Source: Opitutales bacterium (GTDB lineage Bacteria; Verrucomicrobiota; Verrucomicrobiia; Opitutales; PNEW01). From it: 64,000 nucleotides of DNA. Of this stretch, positions 1 to 9,898 are shown one piece after another. The stretch covers positions 1,824,001 to 1,888,000 of the forward strand of contig CBDANS010000007.1 in NCBI GenBank assembly GCA_965197745.1, given 5' to 3'. The position numbers and the translations under genes were made by a program. The first letter of the stretch is position 1, and each line of letters begins with the position of its first letter. The notes beneath the pieces were generated by a model. It worked only from the letters and a program-made list of their open reading frames with translations, did no database searches and was not told the DNA's origin.

Positions 1-704
1 TGCCCAGCATCGCACTCGAACTCGGACCTTTGGAAACCGATGCTTATGAACCTCTTGTTAATGCAGGGAGCGAGGGGTTGGTTGTTTACCAGGAGACATA
101 CCATAAACCCACTTATGAGGAACTTCATACCGCAGGACCCAAAAAATATTTTGGTTGGCGAATGGACACTCCCCAACGAGCATATAATGCCGGATTTCGC
201 AGGTTAGGTATTGGAGCCCTATACGGATTTTACGACTGGCGGTATGAGGCACTCTCGGTAGCTGCTCACGCGCAGTTTTTATTACAGCACTGCTGGAAAG
301 CTCAATTATCGATCAGCCTCTTGCGCCTGAGACCCGCTGCTGGAAATTTTCAATCCGATCCACAATTTCAGGTGAGTGACCGAGAGCTGGCACAACTTAT
401 TTGTGCTTTCCGCATGCTGTTACCGCATGCCGGCATTGTCCTGTCGACAAGGGAATCGCCTCATATGCGCAATGGGTTGGTTCGTCTTGGTATCACCACA
501 ATGAGTGCCGGCTCCAGCACAGAACCAGGCGCTTATAGTCATTTTGATGAAACTAACTGGACTCCAAAAAATGAACAACCGGGTGAGCAGTTTCACATTG
601 CTGATGAACGTCAACCACGAGAAATAGCTGAGATGATATCCGCACAAGGTTATGAACCGGTATGGAAGGATTTTGATCGATCATTAGTTACAACCGATGG
701 ATGA
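1..704 (+). CDS. thiH: 2-iminoacetate synthase ThiH (radical SAM), 5'-truncated by window edge
   Basis: Frame open from position 3; YQETYH, GIGALYG, LSTRES, MSAGSSTEPGAY and QFHIADER motifs; directly upstream of thiS. Confidence 0.92.
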   Translation, partial: PSIALELGPLETDAYEPLVNAGSEGLVVYQETYHKPTYEELHTAGPKKYFGWRMDTPQRAYNAGFRRLGIGALYGFYDWRYEALSVAAHAQFLLQHCWKAQLSISLLRLRPAAGNFQSDPQFQVSDRELAQLICAFRMLLPHAGIVLSTRESPHMRNGLVRLGITTMSAGSSTEPGAYSHFDETNWTPKNEQPGEQFHIADERQPREIAEMISAQGYEPVWKDFDRSLVTTDG

Positions 705-719
705 TCTGCCTACAATTAA

Positions 720-938
720 ATGAATCAGGAGAATCACATTCATTTCATCGCTAATGGAAAAGAATATGCGGTTGATAAAAGAACGGCGCTTCCTCATTTT
801 TTGGAGAGCATCAATCTTTCCCTTTCGAATGTCGTGATCGAGCGTAACAAAATTGCTCTTTCACCAGCCGAAGCGCAAAAAACGATAATTGAAGACGGGG
901 ATTCATTGGAAATAGCACGCATTGTCGCGGGCGGGTAA
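720..938 (+). CDS. thiS: Sulfur carrier protein ThiS
   Basis: 72 aa ubiquitin-like protein ending in VAGG; follows thiH. Confidence 0.92.
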   Translation: MNQENHIHFIANGKEYAVDKRTALPHFLESINLSLSNVVIERNKIALSPAEAQKTIIEDGDSLEIARIVAGG

Positions 939-941
939 AGT

Positions 942-1334
942 ATGCGATCAGATAGTATGGAGTTGAAAGGGCTGCAAGTACAACTCAACCGTCTGGTTCA
1001 TTACAAGGATCCCGTCAATCTCCCCGCGGATTCTCCTCACGCATTTATATATTATCTGACTATTTGCAATCAATCGGATCGGAAGGTTACCCTTTTAGGG
1101 CGTAAGTGGGTAATAAAGAATGAAGACGGAAATACACTTGTCATTGAAGGTGATAAAATCGTGGGGCAAACGCCAAAAATTGAACCGGGTGATGAGTTTT
1201 CCTTTAATAGCTATCATGTTACTGGTATCAGTGGCCGTGCTTATGGAAGCTTTCATGGTGTTGATGAATATCAAAATCAGATTCATGTTAAAGTTCCTAT
1301 GCTAGAAATGGTAATTCCAGGGAACGAGGCATGA
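942..1334 (+). CDS. apaG: ApaG domain protein
   Basis: FIYYLTICN, LLGRKWVI, GDKIVGQTPKIEPG, FSFNS motifs typical of ApaG. Confidence 0.85.
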   Translation: MRSDSMELKGLQVQLNRLVHYKDPVNLPADSPHAFIYYLTICNQSDRKVTLLGRKWVIKNEDGNTLVIEGDKIVGQTPKIEPGDEFSFNSYHVTGISGRAYGSFHGVDEYQNQIHVKVPMLEMVIPGNEA

Positions 1335-2689
1335 TCCTGACCGACTTAAACCGTCAGGGTGGCATAGGAGCAAATTCACTTTATGTTGAGTTGGGTTCCT
1401 TTAGATTCCTCATCGATGCCGGATTACACCCTAAAGTAGCAGGAAAAGAGGCCATGCCGGTTTACGATGGGACGGAAAATAAAAACCTCGATTTTATTAT
1501 TCTGACACATTGCCATCTTGATCATATAGGATCTTTACCCCTGCTAATTCAACATCATCCAGATGTTTCAATCCTCATGAGTCTGCCCTCGCAGATAATT
1601 GCTCCTGTTATGCTTCATAACTCTTGCTCCGTAATGCGCAAACAGCGGGACGAACTTAATATCCCGGAATACCCACTCTATTCCCATGATGATGTGGATA
1701 ATCTTAGAGAAAAAATATTACCCGTAACCTATGGCTCTTCATACAGCTTTAATCATAATAATGATTTACTTGAAATATGTTTTTACTCTTCAGGACATGT
1801 TGCCGGTGCCGCGGGATTCAGCATTAAGCATGAAAACAGGAAGATTTTTTTTACTGGAGATGTCCATTTTACGGAACAACAAACAATTCTCTCCGCGGAT
1901 TTTCCCCATGAAACATTCGATACCGTAGTAATGGAAACGACACGAGGCATGACCGAGCGCTCAATAGATAAATCACGAAAAATGGAAGAAAATCGTCTTA
2001 TTGAAATCATCGATGAGACCTTGTCCCATGGGGGATCCTGTCTCGTTCCGGTCTTCGCATTTGGGCGCATGCAGGAGATCCTCACAATGATTTATCATGC
2101 GCGCAAAGAAGGAGACCTTCGCGAATCGCCGATATTTTGTGGTGGTCTGGGTGTTAAACTTGCCCATGCCTTAGATCAGATTTCACGCGATAGTGAGCAC
2201 ATAAAATTCAGCCTTGAGATCTTTAAAGAGCTGAAAATAAAATCTTTACCTAAAAAAATATTTTCGCGCGGGAGACGAATAGAGAGCGGTCTTTACATAG
2301 TGAGCAGTGGAATGATGGTAGCCAATACCCCTTCATATCTTATAGCTGCCAGTTTACTTTCGAAGCACAGAAATACTATATGTTTTGTTGGTTATTGTGA
2401 TCCCGACACACCGGGCGGCAAGTTATTGAATACCCCTGCTGGTGATAATTTTCTTTTTGAATTTCTCGATTACAGCTCACCGGTAAATGCGCGTATCGAA
2501 AAACTTGATCTCAGCAGCCATGCCGACAGGGAAGACTTGTTAATGTTTGCCCTCAATGCTAAACCTCGCGCGGTAGTTCTTACCCATGGTGAGACTAAAT
2601 CTAAAAAATGGTTTACGGAACAAATAAAAAATCACGACAAAAAAGCCAAGGTTATCGATCCTCACCCTTTAGAATCCTGCATCGTTTAA
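1331..2689 (+). CDS. MBL-fold beta-CASP ribonuclease
   Basis: THCHLDHIG, GHVAGA, FTGD, METT, PVFAFGRMQE, SSHAD and THGE motifs. Confidence 0.88.
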   Translation: MILTDLNRQGGIGANSLYVELGSFRFLIDAGLHPKVAGKEAMPVYDGTENKNLDFIILTHCHLDHIGSLPLLIQHHPDVSILMSLPSQIIAPVMLHNSCSVMRKQRDELNIPEYPLYSHDDVDNLREKILPVTYGSSYSFNHNNDLLEICFYSSGHVAGAAGFSIKHENRKIFFTGDVHFTEQQTILSADFPHETFDTVVMETTRGMTERSIDKSRKMEENRLIEIIDETLSHGGSCLVPVFAFGRMQEILTMIYHARKEGDLRESPIFCGGLGVKLAHALDQISRDSEHIKFSLEIFKELKIKSLPKKIFSRGRRIESGLYIVSSGMMVANTPSYLIAASLLSKHRNTICFVGYCDPDTPGGKLLNTPAGDNFLFEFLDYSSPVNARIEKLDLSSHADREDLLMFALNAKPRAVVLTHGETKSKKWFTEQIKNHDKKAKVIDPHPLESCIV

Positions 2690-2716
2690 AATGACGCGGG
2701 TAGGGTTATAAATTTA

Positions 2717-3562
2717 TCAGCGCGCAAAACGCTTTTCTTCTGTTGATAGATCACTGATCGTAATCGTGCGGCTGTAAAGTCTTTTAACCATCCGGCAAAA
2801 GGAAAGAGATCCTGAAAAATATTCTATTTCAGGTAAAGCGGGTTGTAATTGTTTAAGGGGAAAAATTGACTTTCCAAGAAAGTGAAATGCTCCTCCACCC
2901 GCCAGGCATAGGGCGTAAGATGCGGCAATATTCCATATTTTATCATCGAATCCCAGACACCCATCGAGAATTCCAATAGCAGTGTATGCCGGATTTAAGA
3001 CACTGCTCTGCATACTACAGAGGTGATAACTGGATAAGAGTGGTTTTAATTGTTCACCCTTCTCATAAGTTAGGGGAAAATTCATGCCAATAATACTATG
3101 CTCGTCTAGGGGCGTGCTCTTAATAGATACTTTTCGACAACCATCATAAAGCCCCTGCTGCGGTCCGCCTTCGATTAGCTTTTGTCGAGACATATCATAA
3201 ACGTAGCCATAAACAGGAATTCCGTTCTTAAGCAAAGCCAGTGAAATAGAGCAAAATGGAATTCCTAATGCGTAATTATGAGCGCTATCAACTGGATTTA
3301 GAATCCAGGCATATTGCGCATTCAACTCCAACTGTTCATCTAAGGGGTTGGATTCTTCTGAACAATAATCATCTTTGGCAAAAGACTTACGTAATTCAGA
3401 AAATATCTTTTCGGAAATAACAAAATCGGTAAAAGAAACACAAGTCTTATCATCTTTCCAATCGCTATGCCCTTGACCGAATTGTTCATGAAAAAAATCA
3501 ACCTGTTTATTGATGGCCACTCGACCCGCATTAATGCGATGTTTAAGTTTATTATCCGCCAT
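2717..3562 (-). CDS. Inositol monophosphatase (SuhB/HisN) family protein with degenerate metal-binding motifs
   Basis: SEES, WILNPVDSAHNY (canonical DPIDGT), IWNIAAS (canonical WDxAA). Confidence 0.75.
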   Translation of the reverse strand: MADNKLKHRINAGRVAINKQVDFFHEQFGQGHSDWKDDKTCVSFTDFVISEKIFSELRKSFAKDDYCSEESNPLDEQLELNAQYAWILNPVDSAHNYALGIPFCSISLALLKNGIPVYGYVYDMSRQKLIEGGPQQGLYDGCRKVSIKSTPLDEHSIIGMNFPLTYEKGEQLKPLLSSYHLCSMQSSVLNPAYTAIGILDGCLGFDDKIWNIAASYALCLAGGGAFHFLGKSIFPLKQLQPALPEIEYFSGSLSFCRMVKRLYSRTITISDLSTEEKRFAR

Positions 3563-3654
3563 TTTAAATATTTAAATTATCTATAGTTCCGGGCCAATGA
3601 TTATATATTATTTCTTATCTTTTATTACTAAGATCAAGTTTCATTATAAGGAAT

Positions 3655-4194
3655 TTAAATATAATCGGTAAAGTCGTAAAGTTTGGGATCACGCGTCATG
3701 GGGCGCTTATATCGGCGATCAATTTTTTTATGTTTTTCATCACTCTTATCTTCAGAATCATTATTTAATACTTCTGCTTCATCATCGAGTAAGTCGCCAT
3801 ACTCTACCTCCAGTTTTTCGGGATCCTCACCTTCTTCTAAACGCCGCATTATTTCTTCCATGCTCACCGGCATCTTTTCACCACTGATCTCGGTCATTCT
3901 TCTCATTAACTGTGCCAGCTGTCGCGGATCAGGATTTTCCTCATCTATTTTGGCCACCTCACTTTCCATGCCTGCCAACGCTGCCTGCATTCCAGGATCG
4001 TCGAAATTTCTATTGTCCGTTCCTTCCCCTGATTTAGCGTGTTCCCTGGAGACAGAAAACTCGGATATCATTTTAACCATTTTATATTTCAGGTTATCGG
4101 GGCAACGAGGAACTCGATTAGCGTGCGGAATAGTTTTAAGATAAAATGAATATATTCGGTTATTGTCAGGACTGTAATATTCGTAAATTGGCAT
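3655..4194 (-). CDS. FmdB-like regulatory protein with acidic C-terminal extension
   Basis: N-terminal MPIYEY motif of the FmdB family; only one Cys retained (RCPD). Confidence 0.65.
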   Translation of the reverse strand: MPIYEYYSPDNNRIYSFYLKTIPHANRVPRCPDNLKYKMVKMISEFSVSREHAKSGEGTDNRNFDDPGMQAALAGMESEVAKIDEENPDPRQLAQLMRRMTEISGEKMPVSMEEIMRRLEEGEDPEKLEVEYGDLLDDEAEVLNNDSEDKSDEKHKKIDRRYKRPMTRDPKLYDFTDYI

Positions 4195-4235
4195 ATGACA
4201 GTTTTAATTGTATATAAATTAACGTGTTTATCCCC

Positions 4236-4264
4236 TTGACATACTTAAAAATATGTGGTATTGT
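4236..4264 (+). promoter_or_regulatory. Inward sigma70-type promoter of the transposase, -35 box inside the left TIR
   Basis: TTGACA-17 bp-TATTGT with extended TG; AGAAAGG RBS before ATG 4284. Confidence 0.55.
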
Positions 4265-4283
4265 TTATTTAGAAAGGTAAAAA

Positions 4284-5137
4284 ATGACAACGTTTTATAA
4301 ATTCCAAAAGCAATTCCCAGACGATAACGCGTGCTTGCATCAAATTATGATTTCTCGCTATGGGGGAACACGATTTGATTGCCCTAAATGTGAACATCCC
4401 AGCAAGTTTCACCGCATGAAGGAACAAAGAAACTATGTTTGCCAAAGGTGCGGACATCATTTGTATCCATGTGTCGGCACTCCGTTTGAACGCTCTCGCA
4501 CATCTTTGCATAAATGGTTTTATGCTATGTATCTGTTTGCCACATCCCGCCACGGGGTTGCCGCTAAGGAACTTCAACGGCAACTTGGCGTAACTTACAA
4601 AACAGCATGGCGTATGGCGCACGAAATCCGCAAATATATGGCTGAGGTGGATGGGGAAAGTCCTTTGAGAGGTATTATAGAAACTGATGAGACTTATATT
4701 GGAGGAAAAAGCTCTGGAGGAAAAAGAGGACGAGGTGCCCTAACAAGACAGTAGTTTTCGGCATGTTGGAACGCGATGGGGAAGTAATGACCAAGGTTGT
4801 CCCTAATGTCAGAAAGCGAACTCTTCAACCAATTATGAAAGAAAATGTTGAACCTAAAAGCACTGTTCATACCGACGAACTTCGATCTTATTCTGGACTG
4901 GCCAAAGATGGTTATATCCACAAGACTGTCGATCATGGATCGGGTGAATATGTAAAAGGTAATTGCCATGTCAACGGGATTGAGGGATTCTGGGCTCGTT
5001 TGAAGCTTTCGATTTGCGGGACGCATGTTCATGTTTCTGGGAAGCACCTTTTGAAGTATGTAAAGGAGTTTGAGTATCGTTACAACCGCCGGAAGGCTCC
5101 CGCTTCGATTTTCGCTGATCTGGTGGCCTGCCTCTAA
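4284..5137 (+). pseudogene. IS1595 (ISXO2-like) transposase, split by a -1 frameshift at CCC 4738-4740
   Basis: Zn ribbon CPKC/CQRC, HTH (LGVTYKTAWRM), ETDETYIGG, HTDE, NGIEGFW; adding one C restores GRGAPNKTVVFGMLERDG. Confidence 0.9.
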
Positions 5138-5175
5138 CGATCATCGCTTCTAGCAGAGCATTGAATCTGTTCATA

Positions 5176-5817
5176 TTATCCATCTTCTTGATTAGAGGTC
5201 GGCGGAGCATCCTGCCATTGTATCTCCGGAATGCCACCTTCTGCAGGATATTTAAGCAAAACCTTCTTTTGCCCGGTTAGAATGTAGGGCAACTTTTGTC
5301 CCTCTCGACCATATGATATCTTGAACTTAATTAACCCTTCAATCATTTGTCCCAGCGGAAGTGATTCTAGTTTAATAAAATGGTCATCAAACCATGCATC
5401 AGAACGTGGGGGGATCGTGACCCTATCTAGCTCGTATTTTTTCTTTGGCGGATAACATTCTCCTATCTGGGTTGAAACTTCTTGAATTTTTGAAACAATT
5501 GGAAACGATGCAAAATTGCGGACTTCTATACCTATACCTAGCTCTTTGATAACTTGTCCATTATCTGGTTTTTTAGCAATAACTCTAACTCCTGCAAATG
5601 AGAGCTTGTATTCTGGCGTAATTCGATCTTTCCACTCACTAAATCGCAAGAGTCCAGTAACGGTCAGTGTAAACAGTGCCACCATACCAATGTAGAGGTA
5701 AAACAAGGGAATACCACTTAACCATCCAATCACAGCACCGATCCCTGTAACCACTGTTGGGGTAATCAAACTGCGAACGATTTCCAGCAACGTTTCTTTT
5801 GCAAGAAATTTCCACAT
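5176..5817 (-). CDS. IS passenger protein: two N-terminal hydrophobic helices plus beta-rich domain, function unknown
   Basis: 213-aa ORF wholly inside the TIRs, convergent with the transposase. Confidence 0.8.
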   Translation of the reverse strand: MWKFLAKETLLEIVRSLITPTVVTGIGAVIGWLSGIPLFYLYIGMVALFTLTVTGLLRFSEWKDRITPEYKLSFAGVRVIAKKPDNGQVIKELGIGIEVRNFASFPIVSKIQEVSTQIGECYPPKKKYELDRVTIPPRSDAWFDDHFIKLESLPLGQMIEGLIKFKISYGREGQKLPYILTGQKKVLLKYPAEGGIPEIQWQDAPPTSNQEDG

Positions 5818-6162
5818 AAGATTATGTTAGATTTTATTACTAAGTATGTCAAGGGTATAAACACCTAAATTAATATGAAGACAATTGATTTTTCAGATAT
5901 TCTTCTCAATTATATAGGTCGATGGTCACGGGGCGCCATATTAAATCATCTCAATTTGTATTTTAAGCGATATTAAGCCTCTTATTTCAGTCGTCATCGA
6001 CAGGTCGCTATCACATTATTGACAATAAATTTCCAGAGCACACATAATTGAAATTGTACTGTCTCTTTCACTTAATGCGAGACCAGGGAATTAATTTTAT
6101 ATATTTGTGACCACCGAGTTAACTGGCACTGGGAGATAACACGGAAAAGAAAGATAACTTTT

Positions 6163-6867
6163 TTGAAAAAGAATTTAATTATTTTCACCATCATAATATT
6201 GCTGGTTGCGCTATCCTGGGGGTTGTATATTTATCAGAGTTTAAAGCATGAAGAGCAACTTGCTCGCGAGAGAGAACAATCAGCAGAATGGGAAGGCATG
6301 CTGGAAGAGTTAGCTAATGCAAATGCCGAGCTCGAAAAAAAAGCCCGTATAGAAGCTGAAAATGAAGCTAAAGCCCGCAAAGTTGCTGAAGATGCGCGGC
6401 GAATGTCTGAATTGAAAGCCACTACCGAAGAAAATGAGAGGCAAGAATATATTGAAAATCTTAAACTGCGATTAGCGAAAGAAGTGGAAGAAAGACGTGA
6501 AGCAGAAAAAGCGCTTCAAATACTCAGTGAGAAAATGACCTCACTGGAATATGCTCAAAGCCAGGCTGCGGAAAAACTGGCTGGTTTAAATGAGACAAAA
6601 GCCGGGGTGAATATGGAATTGGGTTCTGATCATTCTTATGATAAGGCGCGGTATGAGTTAAAAGAAAAAGAAATGGAAATCGAACATTTATCCGCTGAAA
6701 AGGAACGATTGGAAAAATTATATCAAGTAACCCTTGAACGCCAAATTGCCACCGAAGAAGAGCTCACTGGTGAAGCCAGTAAATTAAGACTTCCCCACCC
6801 GCTTCGCAATGCCATAAACGCATTTCTATATCTTCTGGGATTAAAAACTGAAGAAGAAGTGGAGTAG
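6163..6867 (+). CDS. Membrane-anchored coiled-coil protein
   Basis: N-terminal TM helix then long E/K/A-rich heptads; upstream TTGACA-18-CATAAT at 6019-6048. Confidence 0.75.
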   Translation: MKKNLIIFTIIILLVALSWGLYIYQSLKHEEQLAREREQSAEWEGMLEELANANAELEKKARIEAENEAKARKVAEDARRMSELKATTEENERQEYIENLKLRLAKEVEERREAEKALQILSEKMTSLEYAQSQAAEKLAGLNETKAGVNMELGSDHSYDKARYELKEKEMEIEHLSAEKERLEKLYQVTLERQIATEEELTGEASKLRLPHPLRNAINAFLYLLGLKTEEEVE

Positions 6868-6871
6868 CCAA

Positions 6872-7621
6872 TCAGGGCCTGCGAGCAACCCAAAATCGGC
6901 ATTCGTCCGAAAACTCTCTGACCTCCGGAGGTTCATTTGCTACGTTCATTCTTAAAATATCAGCCTCCACTTTGTAACCCGTGGCTTTCAGGTCTTCTCT
7001 AATTTCACTACAGGTTGGAACGTGAATAAATAATTCACCCATTGATGTTTTTTCAAACCGATCCCCGTACTCATTTAGATTGGCATTTTGCTTTCCTCGA
7101 CTCCACAGGAGTTTTTCTTTTTTCCAAAATTTTGACCATTGCTTGAGTTCACGATCGTGGGTGGTAAAGACAAAAAAACTGCTGGGTTTCAGGACACGCT
7201 TGATTTCTTTCAACGCCAGGCGTCGATCATAACGATTCGGAATTTGCATTAACCCGTTAAACCCGAAAATGGCTCCATCAAAATCATTAGATTTAAATTT
7301 CAACTCTGTCGCGTTTCCCACCTGAAAAGATATATTATATTCCAGCGTTTTTGCCAGGTGGCGTGCTCTCATTATCATCTCTCTGGAGTAATCAATTCCC
7401 AAAATTTTCTGATATCCCAGTTCATAAAGGCCCATGGCGATCCGGCCGGCTCCACATCCCAGCTCAAGGATTGTCTCTTCACCTTTAAAAACACGGGTGA
7501 ATATTTTTTCCTCTGATATCCAAAGACCAATGTTTATGGCTGCTGAAGCATAATGATCAACGATCTCTGATTTCTGGTAAAAGGATTTGATCTGATTCAT
7601 GTCCATAGCATTTGCCGGCAT
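6872..7621 (-). CDS. Class I SAM-dependent methyltransferase
   Basis: ILELGCGAGR, GIDYS and RVLKP motifs. Confidence 0.88.
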   Translation of the reverse strand: MPANAMDMNQIKSFYQKSEIVDHYASAAINIGLWISEEKIFTRVFKGEETILELGCGAGRIAMGLYELGYQKILGIDYSREMIMRARHLAKTLEYNISFQVGNATELKFKSNDFDGAIFGFNGLMQIPNRYDRRLALKEIKRVLKPSSFFVFTTHDRELKQWSKFWKKEKLLWSRGKQNANLNEYGDRFEKTSMGELFIHVPTCSEIREDLKATGYKVEADILRMNVANEPPEVREFSDECRFWVARRP

Positions 7622-7687
7622 CAGGTAAAATTAAGATAATAGAACTTGCTTTTCTGGCATGGGACTTTTTAATTAACCGCTTTTGTG

Positions 7688-8002
7688 ATGAAAGCCACGA
7701 TTAAAACGCAAGGGAAACAACTCACAGTAGAGGAAGGTGATATCTTCTTCGTCAATCGCTATAGGGATTCAAAGGCCGGAGATACGATTACTATAGATCA
7801 AGTATTAATGGTTGGGGAAGGCGAAAAGGCGGCATTTGGCTCTCCTTATATAGACGGTGCCACAGTCAAAGCGAAAATACTCGAAAATAAACGCGGGCAG
7901 AAAGTGGTTGTTTTTAAAAAGAAACGCCGTAAAGGTTATCGGCGCAAACGAGGACATCGACAAGAGCTTTCTGTAATCAAAATAGAGTTGATAAAAGCTT
8001 AA
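7688..8002 (+). CDS. rplU: 50S ribosomal protein L21
   Basis: [23 protein letters not shown]; precedes rpmA. Confidence 0.97.
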   Translation: MKATIKTQGKQLTVEEGDIFFVNRYRDSKAGDTITIDQVLMVGEGEKAAFGSPYIDGATVKAKILENKRGQKVVVFKKKRRKGYRRKRGHRQELSVIKIELIKA

Positions 8003-8017
8003 TTGGGGGAATCTATC

Positions 8018-8269
8018 ATGGCTCATAAAATGGGACAAGGAGCTAGTAGAAACGGTCGCGACAGTAAGGGTAGACGTTTAGGGGTCAAGAAATACGACGG
8101 TGAAATTGTGTCCGCTGGCAATATTCTTATGCGTCAGCGTGGGACTCGATTTCATCCGGGGCGCAACGTGGGTCTGGGCAAGGACTTCACGCTATTTGCT
8201 CTTGTCAACGGTAAAGTCAAATGGAATGCTCAGCAGCACATAGTGTCTGTTGAATCGTTAACGAATTAA
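8018..8269 (+). CDS. rpmA: 50S ribosomal protein L27
   Basis: [16 protein letters not shown]...RQRGT...DFTLFAL. Confidence 0.97.
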   Translation: MAHKMGQGASRNGRDSKGRRLGVKKYDGEIVSAGNILMRQRGTRFHPGRNVGLGKDFTLFALVNGKVKWNAQQHIVSVESLTN

Positions 8270-8376
8270 TTTATTTCCGATACATACACTATGTCGTGGT
8301 ATGGGTAAGTCAGGCTGGCTCCATATCCCCAATTTTTTCCCACTCCCGGAAATATATTAACAGTTAGGGTTCCCCT

Positions 8377-8751
8377 TTGAAACTGACTCTTCAAGAGCTT
8401 CTCAATCAGAAAGCGATGCTGGAAAAGCATCTCGCATGGCTGAATTCTAAAATAGAAGCGTTAAAAAGCGAATCAGCAGAGAGGGATGATACAACGGGAT
8501 CAATTGATCCAACCCTGGCCAGCTCTCAATCAGGAAACAGTTTGGCAACAGCACCACCAACACCTGAGCTCAGTGAAGGAACTATAACTGAGTCAGAGAA
8601 CGAGGTAGATGCAATTGCCCAGCATCACGTACCCGCACCGAGCGAGATGTCATCCATGACAAAATTTGGATGTGTAGCCGTTATTATAGGGATCTGCCTC
8701 TTGTTTCTTTTTGGTCTGTTTATCCTGCCCAATTGGTTATATCCCGATTGA
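8377..8751 (+). CDS. Hypothetical protein with N-terminal coiled coil and C-terminal TM helix
   Basis: 124-aa ORF filling the intergenic space; hydrophobic C-terminus. Confidence 0.6.
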   Translation: MKLTLQELLNQKAMLEKHLAWLNSKIEALKSESAERDDTTGSIDPTLASSQSGNSLATAPPTPELSEGTITESENEVDAIAQHHVPAPSEMSSMTKFGCVAVIIGICLLFLFGLFILPNWLYPD

Positions 8752-8776
8752 TTTTCCATATTACAGCAGCAGCCAA

Positions 8777-9817
8777 CTAAAGATTTATTTTTTCACCCTG
8801 GCTACTCCATGATTTGTATACCGCTTCTGTAAATTTCATATATTTTACGCCAAGCTCAAAGTTGGTTAAAGTTACAGGTGTGCCATTGCGTATACTATCG
8901 ATAAAATCTGATTCAACTTGCCATCCTCTTTTTTTCTCAGGAGATATTTCAATACGGCTCTCTTCAGTACTGCCAGCTTCCGCCTTGTAAAGTGCATTAT
9001 TTGCCAGGTCTAAGCGCAGCGATGACTTTGAACCATTGAGTCTCATTTCTGTACGTGACTGCCCGGACTCAATTCCACTGAAATGGTAAATCATGCGTGC
9101 ACCATTTGCGTAGCGCCCGATGATTGATAGACAGTCAGGAATATTTACAGGGCTCATTATCCCTTTTTCGAGATCCTCGCGTTCAGTTGTAAATACTACA
9201 CCATCTGCAATGATCCATGTGGGTTCATCTTTTATCCATCGATTTACTATTTCATGGTAAATGCCCATGCCCATTATGTTATAGCCACTCAACTCAAAAT
9301 CCTGGCGCCACATAATAGGTGTATCCGATCTCGCAAATTGTCCTCCCGTGTCTGTGACACATACTTCCCGTAAATCACCGATTGCTCCACTTGCGACGAG
9401 ATCTATAATCGTTGTATCAAATTCAAATGACATGGGGCCTGGAACAATTTGCGTTACGAGGTCCGGTTTTGCTTCGGAAGCTGCGAGCATAGACTCCGCT
9501 TCTGCTAAATTTCTCGCCATGCGTGCTTCGGTCAGGACATGCTTGTTTTCTTCTAACGCGGCGATGGTAATTTCCGCATGTAAATAAGGCCAGGTCCCTA
9601 TGCAGATGGCATCTATCTCAGGATCTTTAATGACTTCCTGCCATGTCTCTGCGATTCTCGGAATATTAAATTCACTGGCGGCTTTTTCAGAAGATTCTAT
9701 GCTGCGGTTACAAACCACAGAGCATTCCACGCCATCGATTTGCTTGAAACCTGGCAAATGTCGACTGCGAGTGTTTGCTCCAGCACCTATAATACCAATT
9801 CGTATTTGATTGCTCAT
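8777..9817 (-). CDS. Gfo/Idh/MocA family oxidoreductase
   Basis: IGIIGAG Rossmann motif, IDAICIGTWPYLH, KHVLTEARMA. Confidence 0.88.
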   Translation of the reverse strand: MSNQIRIGIIGAGANTRSRHLPGFKQIDGVECSVVCNRSIESSEKAASEFNIPRIAETWQEVIKDPEIDAICIGTWPYLHAEITIAALEENKHVLTEARMARNLAEAESMLAASEAKPDLVTQIVPGPMSFEFDTTIIDLVASGAIGDLREVCVTDTGGQFARSDTPIMWRQDFELSGYNIMGMGIYHEIVNRWIKDEPTWIIADGVVFTTEREDLEKGIMSPVNIPDCLSIIGRYANGARMIYHFSGIESGQSRTEMRLNGSKSSLRLDLANNALYKAEAGSTEESRIEISPEKKRGWQVESDFIDSIRNGTPVTLTNFELGVKYMKFTEAVYKSWSSQGEKINL

Positions 9818-9898
9818 GATGAATAAATGAGCAAAACATTTTAAAAAGGCAACCTTATCTCCTGTCCTTCTTTAGGATAATTTTTAAATAATAAATTC

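Larger units (their letters stand above)
4223..5865 (+). mobile_element. IS1595-family element with passenger gene (transporter IS)
   Basis: 25-bp TIRs 4223-4247 and 5841-5865 (23/25 identical); 8-bp TSD TAAATTAA at 4215-4222 and 5866-5873; encloses transposase and a second ORF. Confidence 0.95.

Noticed and set aside
5176..5817. Passenger protein as a CBASS Cap15-type effector
   Set aside because: Size and 2-TM layout fit, but I see no recognisable family motif and there is no cyclase nearby.
5915..6160. Possible ncRNA or riboswitch (GTCGATG...CATCGAC and GTCTC...GAGAC stems)
   Set aside because: Stems are short and match no family I recognise; needs an Infernal/Rfam search.
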